DNA of 64,000 nucleotides from an uncultured Halobacteriales archaeon (GTDB taxonomy: Archaea > Halobacteriota > Halobacteria > Halobacteriales > Hikarchaeaceae): assembly GCA_964554565.1 (NCBI GenBank), contig CAZKPC010000003.1, forward strand, positions 1,009 through 65,008, read 5' to 3'. Positions 31,283 through 40,473 of this stretch are shown here, piece by piece; position 1 is the first letter of the stretch, and each line of letters starts with the position of its first letter. Under the pieces are notes generated by a model that was given only the letters and a program-made list of their open reading frames with translations, did no database searches and was not told the DNA's origin. A program made the position numbers and the translations under genes.

Positions 31283-34200
31283 ATGGCTTCCGGCGCGCGG
31301 ACGGTCCTTCTCATCGGCAGTGGTCCCATCCAGATCGGGCAGGCGGCCGAGTTCGACTATTCCGGGGCGCAGGCCTGCCGAGCGCTCCAGGAGGAGGGCG
31401 CGCGCGTCGTCCTCGTGAACTCGAATCCCGCCACGATCATGACGGACCCGGAGATGGCCGACCGCGTCTACATCGAGCCGATCACCACCGAGGCGATCGG
31501 CGAGATCATCCGCGAGGAACAGCCCGACGGCGTCATCGCCGGCTTGGGCGGGCAGACCGGGTTGAACGTCACCGCCGAACTCGCGGAAGCAGGGGTCCTG
31601 GAGGCCCACGATGTCGAGGTCCTCGGCACGCCGCTCGAGACCATCTACGCCACCGAGGACCGCGATCGGTTCCGCCGGCGGATGCGGGAGATCGACCAAC
31701 CCGTCCCCCACTCGACCACGATCGGATTGGCGGACGATGAGACCGTCACGGACATCGACGAAGGCGCGCTTCGCAGTCGGATCGAGGACGCCCTCGAAAC
31801 CGTGGGCGGACTGCCGGTCATCGCCAGGACGACCTACACGCTCGGCGGCTCCGGCTCCGGCGTCGTGAACGATCGTGAGGACCTTTTCGAGCGGGTTCGC
31901 CGTGGCTTGCGGCTCTCCCGGAACAACGAGGTGCTGGTTACCGAGGCCATTACCGGGTGGATCGAACTCGAGTACGAGGTGATGCGCGACGCCGCCGACT
32001 CCTGCCTGATCATCTGTAACATGGAGAACCTGGATCCGATGGGCATTCACACCGGCGAATCGATCGTCGTGACGCCCTCCCAGGTCATCCCGGACGAGGG
32101 CCATCAGGCGATGCGGAACGCCGCATTGGAGGTCATTCGGGAGCTCGGGATCCAGGGCGGGTGTAACATCCAGTTCGCCTGGCGCGACGACGGCTCGCCC
32201 GGCGGCGAGTACCGCGTCGTCGAGGTGAACCCCCGGGTGTCACGGTCCTCCGCCCTCGCCTCGAAAGCGACCGGCTACCCGATCGCGCGGGTCACGGCCA
32301 AGGTCGCCCTCGGGAAACAGCTCCACGAGATCGAGAACGAGATCACCGGCGAGACCACGGCCGCCTTCGAGCCGGCCATCGACTACGTCGTCACGAAGAT
32401 CCCGCGCTGGCCGGCGGACAAGTTCGAGGACGTCGACTTCACCCTCGGGACGGCGATGAAATCAACCGGCGAGGCGATGGCCATCGGCCGGACCTTCGAG
32501 GAGAGCCTCCTGAAGGCGCTGCGCTCGACGGAATACGAGCCCTCGGTGGACTGGGGTGACATCGACGACACCACGCTGCGGGCGGAGTACCTCGAGACGC
32601 CCACGCCCGACCGACCCTACGCGATGCTCGAGGCGTTCGACCGCGGCTTCGACGTCGACGCCGTGGCGACGGCGACCGGGATCCACCCGTGGTACGTCGA
32701 GCGGTACGCCCGCATCGCGGCGGCGGCACAAGCGGCCGCCGACGGCGAGTTCGCGGCCGCCGCCGGGGCCGGCTACACCAACCGCGCCGTCGCACAGTTG
32801 GCGAGGGCGGTGGATCGCGACACGGCCGTGACCGATGGCGGCGGGACGACGGTGGCGGCCGTCGAGGCCGCAGCACCCGAACGGACCTACAAGCAGGTCG
32901 ACACCTGTGCCGGGGAGTTCGCCGCCTCGACGCCGTATTACTACTCCGCGCGCGCCCCGAAGGGCGCCAGCAACCGGAACGAGATCCAGGCCGACACCGA
33001 CGTCGAGAGCGTGGTGATCGTGGGCGGGGGACCGATCCGCATCGGGCAGGGGGTCGAGTTCGACTACTGTACGGTCCACGCCGTCGAAGCCCTCCGGGAC
33101 GCCGGCGTCCAGGCCCACGTCGTCAACAACAACCCGGAGACGGTCTCCACCGACTACGACATCTCCGACGGCCTGTTCTTCGAACCGATCACCGCCGAGG
33201 AGATCGCGGACGTCATCGCGGCGACGGAGGCCGACGGGGTGATGGTGCAGTTCGGCGGGCAGACGTCGGTGAACGTCGGGGAGGGCCTCGAATCCGAGCT
33301 CGAGCGGCGCGGGCTCGATTGTGAGGTCCTCGGATCCAGCGTCGACGCGATGGACCTGGCCGAGAACCGGGATCGGTTCAACGCCCGGATGGCGGACCTC
33401 GGGATCGCCCAGCCCGACGGCGGCACGGCTTCCAGCGAGGTTGAAGCAATCGAGCTGGCCCACGAGCTGGGATATCCCGTGCTCGTGCGGCCGTCCTATG
33501 TCCTGGGCGGGCGGGCCATGCAGGTCGTCCACGACGACGGCGAGCTCCGCCACTACCTCGACGCCGCCGTGCGGGTCAGTCCGGATCACCCCGTGCTGGT
33601 CGACGAGTTCCTCGAGGGGGCCATCGAGGTCGACGTCGATGCCGTCGCCGACGGCGAGGAGGTGTTCATCGGCGGGATCCTGGAGCACATCGAATCCGCC
33701 GGCGTCCATTCCGGGGACTCGGCCTGTGCCATGCCGCCGCCGACCCTCGGCCGGGACGTCAACCGGCGGATCCGGGAGGTCACGGAAAACATCGCTCGGG
33801 CGCTCGGCACGGTCGGGCTCCTGAACGTCCAGCTGGCCGTCCGGGACGACGAGGTCCACGTCCTCGAAGCCAATCCGCGGTCCTCGCGCACGGTCCCGTT
33901 CGTCTCGAAGGCCACCGGCGTCCCGATCGCCAAGCTCGCCGCCCGCGTCATGCTCGGGGCGTCGCTCGAGGAGCTCGACGTGCAGGAGCAGGTGCCGGTA
34001 CACACCTCCGTCAAGGAGGTCGTCCTCCCCTTCGACCGGCTCCCGGGATCGGACCCGCGGTTGGGGCCGGAGATGAAATCGACCGGCGAGGTCATGGGCA
34101 CGGCCGGGAGCTTCGGGCGGGCCTACGACAAGGCCCAGCAGGCCATCGGCAAGCCCGTTCCGCGGTCCGGGACGGCCGTCGTCGACCTCAGCGATCCAGC

Positions 34201-34513
34201 CTTCCCCGAGCCCGAGAGCCAGGCGGGCCGGGACCTGGTGTCGAGGGTCGAGGAACGGTTCGAGCTCGTCGACTTCGCCGACGACGCGAGCTTCCGTGAG
34301 GCGATCCGGGCCGGCGAGATCGATCTGATCATCTCCCGGGCGAGGGCGCCGCTGAACACCGCCGTCGAGGAATCGGTCACCTACTTCTCGACCTTCCCGA
34401 GCGCGCGGGCGGCGATGGCGGCGGTCGAAACCGCGGACGAGCCGCTGGACATCCGGCCACTCGAGGCCCGTCCGCAGTATCGCGAACGGTGGGGCCAGCC
34501 GAAGGAGCCCTGA
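31283..34513 (+). CDS. carB: Carbamoyl-phosphate synthase large subunit
   Basis: GSGPIQIGQAAEFDYSG, EVNPRVSRSS, GQGVEFDYC, LGPEMKSTGEVMG. Confidence 0.98.
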   Translation: MASGARTVLLIGSGPIQIGQAAEFDYSGAQACRALQEEGARVVLVNSNPATIMTDPEMADRVYIEPITTEAIGEIIREEQPDGVIAGLGGQTGLNVTAELAEAGVLEAHDVEVLGTPLETIYATEDRDRFRRRMREIDQPVPHSTTIGLADDETVTDIDEGALRSRIEDALETVGGLPVIARTTYTLGGSGSGVVNDREDLFERVRRGLRLSRNNEVLVTEAITGWIELEYEVMRDAADSCLIICNMENLDPMGIHTGESIVVTPSQVIPDEGHQAMRNAALEVIRELGIQGGCNIQFAWRDDGSPGGEYRVVEVNPRVSRSSALASKATGYPIARVTAKVALGKQLHEIENEITGETTAAFEPAIDYVVTKIPRWPADKFEDVDFTLGTAMKSTGEAMAIGRTFEESLLKALRSTEYEPSVDWGDIDDTTLRAEYLETPTPDRPYAMLEAFDRGFDVDAVATATGIHPWYVERYARIAAAAQAAADGEFAAAAGAGYTNRAVAQLARAVDRDTAVTDGGGTTVAAVEAAAPERTYKQVDTCAGEFAASTPYYYSARAPKGASNRNEIQADTDVESVVIVGGGPIRIGQGVEFDYCTVHAVEALRDAGVQAHVVNNNPETVSTDYDISDGLFFEPITAEEIADVIAATEADGVMVQFGGQTSVNVGEGLESELERRGLDCEVLGSSVDAMDLAENRDRFNARMADLGIAQPDGGTASSEVEAIELAHELGYPVLVRPSYVLGGRAMQVVHDDGELRHYLDAAVRVSPDHPVLVDEFLEGAIEVDVDAVADGEEVFIGGILEHIESAGVHSGDSACAMPPPTLGRDVNRRIREVTENIARALGTVGLLNVQLAVRDDEVHVLEANPRSSRTVPFVSKATGVPIAKLAARVMLGASLEELDVQEQVPVHTSVKEVVLPFDRLPGSDPRLGPEMKSTGEVMGTAGSFGRAYDKAQQAIGKPVPRSGTAVVDLSDPAFPEPESQAGRDLVSRVEERFELVDFADDASFREAIRAGEIDLIISRARAPLNTAVEESVTYFSTFPSARAAMAAVETADEPLDIRPLEARPQYRERWGQPKEP

Positions 34514-34607
34514 GCGGCCGTTCGGGGCCGGTTGGGCGACCCGAGTGACCACCGCCAGCAACTATAACCGTCGATCCGGCGTAGCTCCGAGCACGGAGGC
34601 GATCCAC

Positions 34608-35183
34608 GTGTCAGAGTCCGCCGACTGGGTCGCGGCCCTCGATCGGGAACGTGAGCAGAAGGACCAGTTCTACGCGGAGCACCCACACTCCCCGATCCCG
34701 GAGGCCCACCGCGATGGGTTCGACGGGTTGCAGTATTACGATCCCGACCCGGCCTACCGGTTCGAGCTGTCGTTGGAGCGTCACGAGGACCCCGAGATCA
34801 TCACTGTGGAGACCACGACTGACGGCACCCGGGAGTACTACCGGTGGGGCGAGTTCCGGTTCGAGGTCGAGGGTGCCGAACAGACCCTGCAGGCCTACCG
34901 TGCGGACCCGGACGCGGACCGACTCTGGGTCCCGTTTCGCGACGCCACCTCCGGCGAGACCACCTATGGCGCCGGCCGGTATCTCGACCTCGAAGCCGAG
35001 GAGCATCGCACGGCGGAGGGCCGCTGGATCCTCGACTTCAATCGGGCCTACAATCCCTACTGTGCCTACTCCGAGGAGTACGAGTGCCCGCTGATCCCGA
35101 TGGAGAACTGGCTCGACGTGCCGATCCGGGCCGGCGAACGGGCCTACGAGCCGCCCGAGGACGCGACCTCCCACGCCCACTGA
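34608..35183 (+). CDS. DUF1684 family protein
   Basis: PFRDATSG.TTYGAGRYL, LDFNRAYNPYCAY...CP. Confidence 0.9.
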   Translation: MSESADWVAALDREREQKDQFYAEHPHSPIPEAHRDGFDGLQYYDPDPAYRFELSLERHEDPEIITVETTTDGTREYYRWGEFRFEVEGAEQTLQAYRADPDADRLWVPFRDATSGETTYGAGRYLDLEAEEHRTAEGRWILDFNRAYNPYCAYSEEYECPLIPMENWLDVPIRAGERAYEPPEDATSHAH

Positions 35184-35260
35184 CCGGGAGTCCCGAGCGA
35201 CCTCAGTGACGCAGCTATCGGGAAGCCTGGTTTTCGATGGGTCTAGTCGAGACCGGCGGG

Positions 35261-36319
35261 CTACGCTGCGATCGATGGCGCTTCGGACCGTGCCAGCGCC
35301 AACACGTCGTCGAAGAAGCCGAGCGTGTCGTGCGGCCCCGGATGCGCCTCCGGGTGGTACTGCCGCGTGAGGATCGACAGCGACTCGTTCTCGAGACCTT
35401 CCGGCGTGTCGTCGTTGACGTTCACCTGCGTTACCGCGAGCTCGCCCGGGTCCGCGACGGTGTACCCGTGGTTCTGGGTCGTCATCACGACCCGGTCGGT
35501 CGCCAGGTCCCGCACCGGTTGGTTCACGCCCCGGTGGCCGAACCGCATCTTCTCGGTCGAGCCGCCGAGGGCGTTGGCGACCACTTGCTGGCCGAGACAG
35601 ATCCCAGCGATCGGCCGCTGGCCGGCGTACTCCTCGACGAGGCGCTCGGCAGCGGTGAAATGCTCAGGATCGCCCGGGCCGTTCGAAAAGAAGAGGAGGT
35701 CCGGGTCGTGTTCGGCAACGGTGGCGGGGGTGACGTCGTACGGGAGCACGGTAACCGCGGCGTCGCGGTCCCGAAGCGAATCGACGATGCTCCCCTTGGC
35801 CCCACAGTCGATCAGGGCGATCGAGGGACCGGTCCCCGGATACTGAACCGGCTCCGCAACGCTGACGCGGGCCCCGATGTCGGTCTGCTCGCTCATGGGC
35901 GGACAGGACTCGAGCCGTTCGCGCGCCGCCGCGGCGGAGGCGTCGGGGCCGACCGAGAGGCCACACCGCATGGCGCCCTGGTCGCGGACCTCGAGGACCA
36001 GGTCACGGGTGTCGAGCGTGTCAACGGCCGGCACGCCTGCGTTGGCCAGCCAGTCCGCGACGTCGTCAGTGAGCTCCCGCGCCAGGACCGCCTCGGGCTG
36101 CACTCGGTCGGACTCGAACCGTTCGGATCGGACGCCGTAGTTGCCGATGAGCGGGTAGGCGAACGTCAGCACCTGGCCCGCGTAGGACGGATCGGTGAGG
36201 CTCTCCTCGTAACCGGTGTACGCTGTCGTGAACACCAGCTCGCCGTTGGTATGACCGGGCGCCCGGGCGCGGCCGGTGACGAGCCGGCCGGACTCGAGCG
36301 CGAGGAACGCGTCCGGCAT
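35261..36319 (-). CDS. carA: Carbamoyl-phosphate synthase small subunit
   Basis: GELVFTT..TGYEE.LTDPSY, SNGPGDP, GICLGQQ, QYHPEA.PGPHD. Confidence 0.98.
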   Translation of the reverse strand: MPDAFLALESGRLVTGRARAPGHTNGELVFTTAYTGYEESLTDPSYAGQVLTFAYPLIGNYGVRSERFESDRVQPEAVLARELTDDVADWLANAGVPAVDTLDTRDLVLEVRDQGAMRCGLSVGPDASAAAARERLESCPPMSEQTDIGARVSVAEPVQYPGTGPSIALIDCGAKGSIVDSLRDRDAAVTVLPYDVTPATVAEHDPDLLFFSNGPGDPEHFTAAERLVEEYAGQRPIAGICLGQQVVANALGGSTEKMRFGHRGVNQPVRDLATDRVVMTTQNHGYTVADPGELAVTQVNVNDDTPEGLENESLSILTRQYHPEAHPGPHDTLGFFDDVLALARSEAPSIAA

Positions 36320-36368
36320 TACGACATGTGGACGAATCGGCCCTCAATAAGTCTTGCTTTCGTATCTC

Positions 36369-36385
36369 GTTACGATATTCGTAAC
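36369..36385. promoter_or_regulatory. Palindromic operator GTTACGA-TAT-TCGTAAC between divergent carA and lrp
   Basis: Perfect 7-3-7 inverted repeat between the two TATA boxes. Confidence 0.75.
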
Positions 36386-36415
36386 ATTTAGGACAACGCC
36401 GGGGCAGCTGGCCGC

Positions 36416-36829
36416 ATGGACGACCTCGATCGGGAGATCATCAGTCACCTGCGACGGGACGCCCGGACGCCCTTCACCGAAATCGCGGACCGCGTGGGGA
36501 CCTCGGAAGGCACGGTCCGAAACAGAGTCGAGCGACTGACCGAGGAGGGCATCATCGAGCGGTTCACCATCTCGACCCACACCGGCAACGTCCAGGCCAT
36601 GATCGAGGTGTCCGTGGAGGTCGACGTCGATACCGCGGCCGTCTCGGAGCGGTTCGCCGGCTGGGAGGAGGTCGACTTCGTCTGGCAGGTCTCCGGCGAG
36701 GAGGACATCGTCGTGGTGGTCGACGCGAAGGACACCGAACGGGTCAACGAGCTCATCACCCAGGCCCGGACCATGGACGAGGTCAAGGGGACGAAGACGC
36801 GGCTGATCCTCGACGAGCGGCTCGGCTAA
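36416..36829 (+). CDS. Lrp/AsnC family transcriptional regulator
   Basis: MDDLDREII..LRRDARTPFTEIA..VGTSEGTVRNRV HTH plus RAM domain. Confidence 0.95.
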   Translation: MDDLDREIISHLRRDARTPFTEIADRVGTSEGTVRNRVERLTEEGIIERFTISTHTGNVQAMIEVSVEVDVDTAAVSERFAGWEEVDFVWQVSGEEDIVVVVDAKDTERVNELITQARTMDEVKGTKTRLILDERLG

Positions 36830-36900
36830 GGACCGTTTCGCGGGCAGCTGACGGCTACGCAAGTCGAAGCGCGTAAGACCGACCCCGACGATGGCCGACC

Positions 36901-37473
36901 ATGCACACCGACGACGCGGCCAGTTCGAGTCCCACACCGGCTGAGGGCGGGGACGAACCGGTCGTGGCCGTGGACGCCGACGACAACGAGGTGGAGATCG
37001 TTGATCGTCTGGAAGCGCACGTCGGTGACGGTATCCGCCACCGAGCGTTCACGTGTTTGCTGTTCGACGACGAGGGGCGGCTGCTGCTCGCTCAGCGCAG
37101 CCCGGCGAAACGGCTCTGGGACACCTACTGGGACGGCACGGTGGCCTCCCATCCGGCACCGGGGCAATCCCAGCTCGAGGCCACCGAGGAACGCCTGGAG
37201 GAGGAACTCGGGATCACGCCGGATCAGTACACCGACCTCCGGGTGACCGACCGGTTCGAGTACAAACGGTTCTTCGAGAACGAAGGCGTGGAATGGGAGG
37301 TCTGTGCCGTCCTCAAGGCGACTCTTTCTGACACGGCCCTGGCGCCCAACGACGCCGAGATCGGCGGCCTGCTCTGGGTCGACTACGACGACCTCCATCG
37401 GAACCCCCGGGCCTACCGCCAGCTCGATTTCTGTCCGTGGTTCGAGATCGCGATGCGGCGGGACGTCTCCTGA
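36901..37473 (+). CDS. idi: Type 1 isopentenyl-diphosphate isomerase-like NUDIX protein
   Basis: AH...HRAF, LL.QRS..K..W, SHP, EEELG, EWEVC, PWF. Confidence 0.75.
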   Translation: MHTDDAASSSPTPAEGGDEPVVAVDADDNEVEIVDRLEAHVGDGIRHRAFTCLLFDDEGRLLLAQRSPAKRLWDTYWDGTVASHPAPGQSQLEATEERLEEELGITPDQYTDLRVTDRFEYKRFFENEGVEWEVCAVLKATLSDTALAPNDAEIGGLLWVDYDDLHRNPRAYRQLDFCPWFEIAMRRDVS

Positions 37474-37514
37474 GCGGGGACAACTGACTGTTCGGCGACC
37501 GGGGTTCGTAATCA

Positions 37515-37542
37515 CTAATTACATCTAATTAAAATTTATATA
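37515..37542 (+). promoter_or_regulatory. AT-rich promoter: CTAATTA x2 (10-bp period) followed by TATA box TTTATATA
   Basis: Repeats at 37515-37521 and 37525-37531, TATA at 37535-37542, GTG start at 37566. Confidence 0.55.
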
Positions 37543-37565
37543 ACTGGCCAAGAATGGATGGTGTA

Positions 37566-37766
37566 GTGACCGACTACACTACGATTTCGCTCAAGAAAGC
37601 CTTCGTCGAGGACGTAGAAGCCTATATCGAGGACGAGCCGTTCGGCTCGCCGAAGGAGTTCATCAAGCACCTCGTGCTCCGGGAGATGGAAGGTGAGAGC
37701 GAGATCTCCGCGGACGAGGCCCGGGAGATCGCCCAGAAGCTGCGGGACCTCGGGTACATGGAGTGA
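37566..37766 (+). CDS. Small ribbon-helix-helix (CopG-like) protein
   Basis: YTTISL beta-ribbon, F.S..EFI helix, C-terminal LRDLGY. Confidence 0.7.
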   Translation: MTDYTTISLKKAFVEDVEAYIEDEPFGSPKEFIKHLVLREMEGESEISADEAREIAQKLRDLGYME

Positions 37767-37772
37767 CTCCTG

Positions 37773-38000
37773 ATGGAACTCCATCGTCGCTCGATCGTGA
37801 AGGCCGCGACCTACCGCCTGTTCGCCACGACGCTCGTCTTCCTGGTCGCCCTACTCTATACCGGCCAACTCGCGCCCTCGGCGAAGATCGGGATCACGGC
37901 GGCGGTCGGCAAGACGACCCTCTACTACTTCTGGGAGCGCCTCTGGACCCGGATCCAGTGGGGTCTTGACCCGGCCGCGACGACGTCCGGCGCCGATTGA
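37773..38000 (+). CDS. DUF2061 small membrane protein
   Basis: RSIVKA.TYR...T and K...YY..ER.W..I.WG. Confidence 0.85.
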   Translation: MELHRRSIVKAATYRLFATTLVFLVALLYTGQLAPSAKIGITAAVGKTTLYYFWERLWTRIQWGLDPAATTSGAD

Positions 38001-38126
38001 AAGGCGCCCTCTGCTTTTCGAGTATCCGAATCCCACCGGGCGTCTGATATCGATCCTCCCAGGGGGTGGTCGGTCGAACCCCCGTCCGACCGGGAGGTTT
38101 TCCCGATACCGGGCCGACGGCCAGCC

Positions 38127-38780
38127 ATGGTCGATTTCCACGAGCGCGAGACCCGGTCGGGGCACGACTCACTCGACGAAGAGGAAGTAAACGAGCCTGA
38201 CCCCGAGGCCGACACCGACGAGGCTTCGGCCCCGCACGAGCATGAGCACGCGACGGATCACGACAACACGACCCATCACCACGCCCACGACCTCGAGACC
38301 CTCGGGGCGGCGGTGGTGACGATCTCCTCGACGCGGTCGCTGGACGAGGACCCCAGCGGCGAGGCGATCGTGGAGGCGTTCGAATCCGATGGCCACGAGA
38401 TCGCCATCCGCGAACTGGTCGGCGACGACCTCGACGGGATTCAGAGCCGTGTGGACGGGCTCGTCGGACGGAGCGACGTCGACGTGGTCGTGACCACCGG
38501 CGGGACCGGCGTCACCCCCGACGACGTGACCGTCGAGGCGGTCCAACCGCTCCTTGAAAAGCGGCTCCCCGGGTTCGGCGAGCTGTTCCGCCGTCGCTCG
38601 GAAGCCGAGATCGGGACCCGGATCGTCGGGACCCGGGCTATCGCGGGGATCGCCGACGGCGTGCCGGTCTTCTGTTTGCCGGGCAGTCAAAGCGCGGTCG
38701 AACTCGGGACGGCGGAGATCATCCTCCCGGAAGCCGGCCACCTCGCCGGGTTGGCCAGACGGGAGGAGCCGGAGGAATAA
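38127..38780 (+). CDS. moaB: MoaB/MogA molybdopterin adenylyltransferase with His/acidic N-terminal extension
   Basis: D.SG, TTGGTG..PDDVT.EA, LPGFGE, LPGS. Confidence 0.92.
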   Translation: MVDFHERETRSGHDSLDEEEVNEPDPEADTDEASAPHEHEHATDHDNTTHHHAHDLETLGAAVVTISSTRSLDEDPSGEAIVEAFESDGHEIAIRELVGDDLDGIQSRVDGLVGRSDVDVVVTTGGTGVTPDDVTVEAVQPLLEKRLPGFGELFRRRSEAEIGTRIVGTRAIAGIADGVPVFCLPGSQSAVELGTAEIILPEAGHLAGLARREEPEE

Positions 38781-38792
38781 GGGCACCCGGCG

Positions 38793-39503
38793 ATGGAGAA
38801 GGACGCGATCCGCCAGCGAATCTGGGACGAGCTCGAGGAGCGCGGCGAGGCCCGTTTTCCCTTTCCGCCCCATGGCCGGATTCCGAACTTCGCCGGCGCC
38901 GACGCCGCGGCCGATCGCCTGAGGGAGACCGAGGACTGGGCGGACGCCACGGTCATCAAAGCCAATCCCGACGCCCCCCAGCTCCCGGTCCGACGGCAGG
39001 CGCTCCACGACGGGAAGACCGTCTACATGGCGGTGCCACGGCTCCGTGAGCCCGAATGCTTCGTCGAGCTCGATCCGGCCCGGCTCGACGATCCCGATGC
39101 GGCAGCCACGGTCTCCGAGATGGATCAGCACGGCGAGGCCGTGCCGCCCGAGGCGGTCCCGGCGATCGACCTGGTGATCGCGGGCAGCGTGGCCGTGACG
39201 GCGACGGGGGCGCGGATCGGCAAGGGGGAAGGGTACAGCGACCTCGAGTACGCGATCCTGGCCGCGTTCGACCGGGTCGGCCCCGACACCACGATCGCGA
39301 CCACGGTACACGAATGCCAGGTCGTCGACGACGCACCCGCGCCGGAGCCACACGACGTGCCCTTAGACCTGATCGTGACCCCGGACCGGCGGAGGCGCAC
39401 CGAGAGTCCGTTCGAGCGGCCGTCGGGGATCGACTGGGCCGAACTTGATCCCGAACGGATCGCGGAGATCCCGGTTCTCGAAGAGCTCCGTGAGTCGGGG
39501 TGA
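38793..39503 (+). CDS. 5-formyltetrahydrofolate cyclo-ligase family (archaeal COG0212-type paralog)
   Basis: FPFPPHGRIPNF.GA, K.NPD.PQ, RIGKGEGYSDLE, HD.P.D.I.TP. Confidence 0.88.
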   Translation: MEKDAIRQRIWDELEERGEARFPFPPHGRIPNFAGADAAADRLRETEDWADATVIKANPDAPQLPVRRQALHDGKTVYMAVPRLREPECFVELDPARLDDPDAAATVSEMDQHGEAVPPEAVPAIDLVIAGSVAVTATGARIGKGEGYSDLEYAILAAFDRVGPDTTIATTVHECQVVDDAPAPEPHDVPLDLIVTPDRRRRTESPFERPSGIDWAELDPERIAEIPVLEELRESG

Positions 39504-39610
39504 AGTCTACAGTAACCGGGGGAGTCCGGAACTGCGATCACCGCGAGCGAAAAGCGCGAAGCCGACCGTTCCGGACACGGATTTATGAGGACCGGAGCTG
39601 ATGACGGGCT

Positions 39611-39715
39611 GTGGACGAGAAGTTCATCGACCAGATCATCCGGTTCAGCCTGGCCGGGTTCCTGGTCCTCGCTTTCATCGCTATCGCGATCATCCTCCTG
39701 ACCGTCCTGCTCTAG
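39611..39715 (+). CDS. Unannotated 34-aa single-pass membrane micro-protein (MDEKFIDQIIRFSLAGFLVLAFIAIAIILLTVLL)
   Basis: GTG start about 27 nt after TTTATG (39582-39587), GC3-rich codons, one TM helix; absent from the ORF track. Confidence 0.55.
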   Translation: MDEKFIDQIIRFSLAGFLVLAFIAIAIILLTVLL

Positions 39716-40035
39716 GCCGGCCGATCCAGTTCCTCGGCCACGATCTCCGGCGCCAGGACCGCCGGCGAAATCGCGAGATCGACCTGGCCACGGACGAACT
39801 CCGGCATCGTCTCCTGGGCGTACACGACCACCCTGAGCGACGAGTTGATGTCCAGCGCGACAGGGATAGCCGTCGCCTCAGCGACCTCAGTCAGCACGAG
39901 CAGATCGGCTTCGGTGATGCCGGCGCTCCGGAGGGCCTCCCCCGTTCCGGGACCATCGACTCGTGAGAGCGTCGCACCGTTCCGATCGAGAGCCGCTCCG
40001 AGGCCACGGTCCGGACCGATGAGAACAACGTGCAT
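39712..40035 (-). CDS. Conserved haloarchaeal TrkA-N-like small protein (DUF7126-like)
   Basis: L..AGI.EADL.VLT...EAT.IPVA, VVY....PEF...Q.DL. Confidence 0.65.
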   Translation of the reverse strand: MHVVLIGPDRGLGAALDRNGATLSRVDGPGTGEALRSAGITEADLLVLTEVAEATAIPVALDINSSLRVVVYAQETMPEFVRGQVDLAISPAVLAPEIVAEELDRPA

Positions 40036-40125
40036 CGTTTGGTTGTGAACTGGCGGGGAAGTGGCGGTTTCGGGGTCGACTCGGCTGCCGGGCGATCGGC
40101 CGGACGATCGGTCGAGACCGGTTGC

Positions 40126-40356
40126 CTATTCCCGGACGACGACCCGCAGCTCCTGTTGATTGCCGCGGTCGCACTTCTTGTGATAGTAGCGGTACCCGTC
40201 AGTGAACGGGTACTGCTTCGCCCAGTCGATATCGCCTTCCGAGGGGAAGGTGTCGACCACTTCGTCCGTCTCGTTGACGTATACCTGGTGTGTTTCCCCA
40301 CAGTAGGGACACCCAGGAGCATCCTTCGCCACGAGCGTGGGGTGGCCCGTCGCCAT
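40126..40356 (-). CDS. Small CPxCG-type putative zinc-binding protein
   Basis: CPYCG plus HKKC; lies directly downstream of the xdh genes on the same strand. Confidence 0.6.
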   Translation of the reverse strand: MATGHPTLVAKDAPGCPYCGETHQVYVNETDEVVDTFPSEGDIDWAKQYPFTDGYRYYHKKCDRGNQQELRVVVRE

Positions 40357-40473
40357 CGTTTCCGTCAATCAGCCGCGAGCCTAAAGCCGTTGTTATTGGC
40401 GAACTGAGGAGTTCGAGCAGCGCGGGCAGGTAACGTCGAAACGCGGATAGCGAAACCGCTGCGGTCGGGCGGC

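Noticed and set aside
36319..36327. Mini-ORF ATG-TCG-TAA overlapping the carA start
   Set aside because: TATA spacing places the transcription start at about 36320, downstream of this ATG; better explained as an operator half-site
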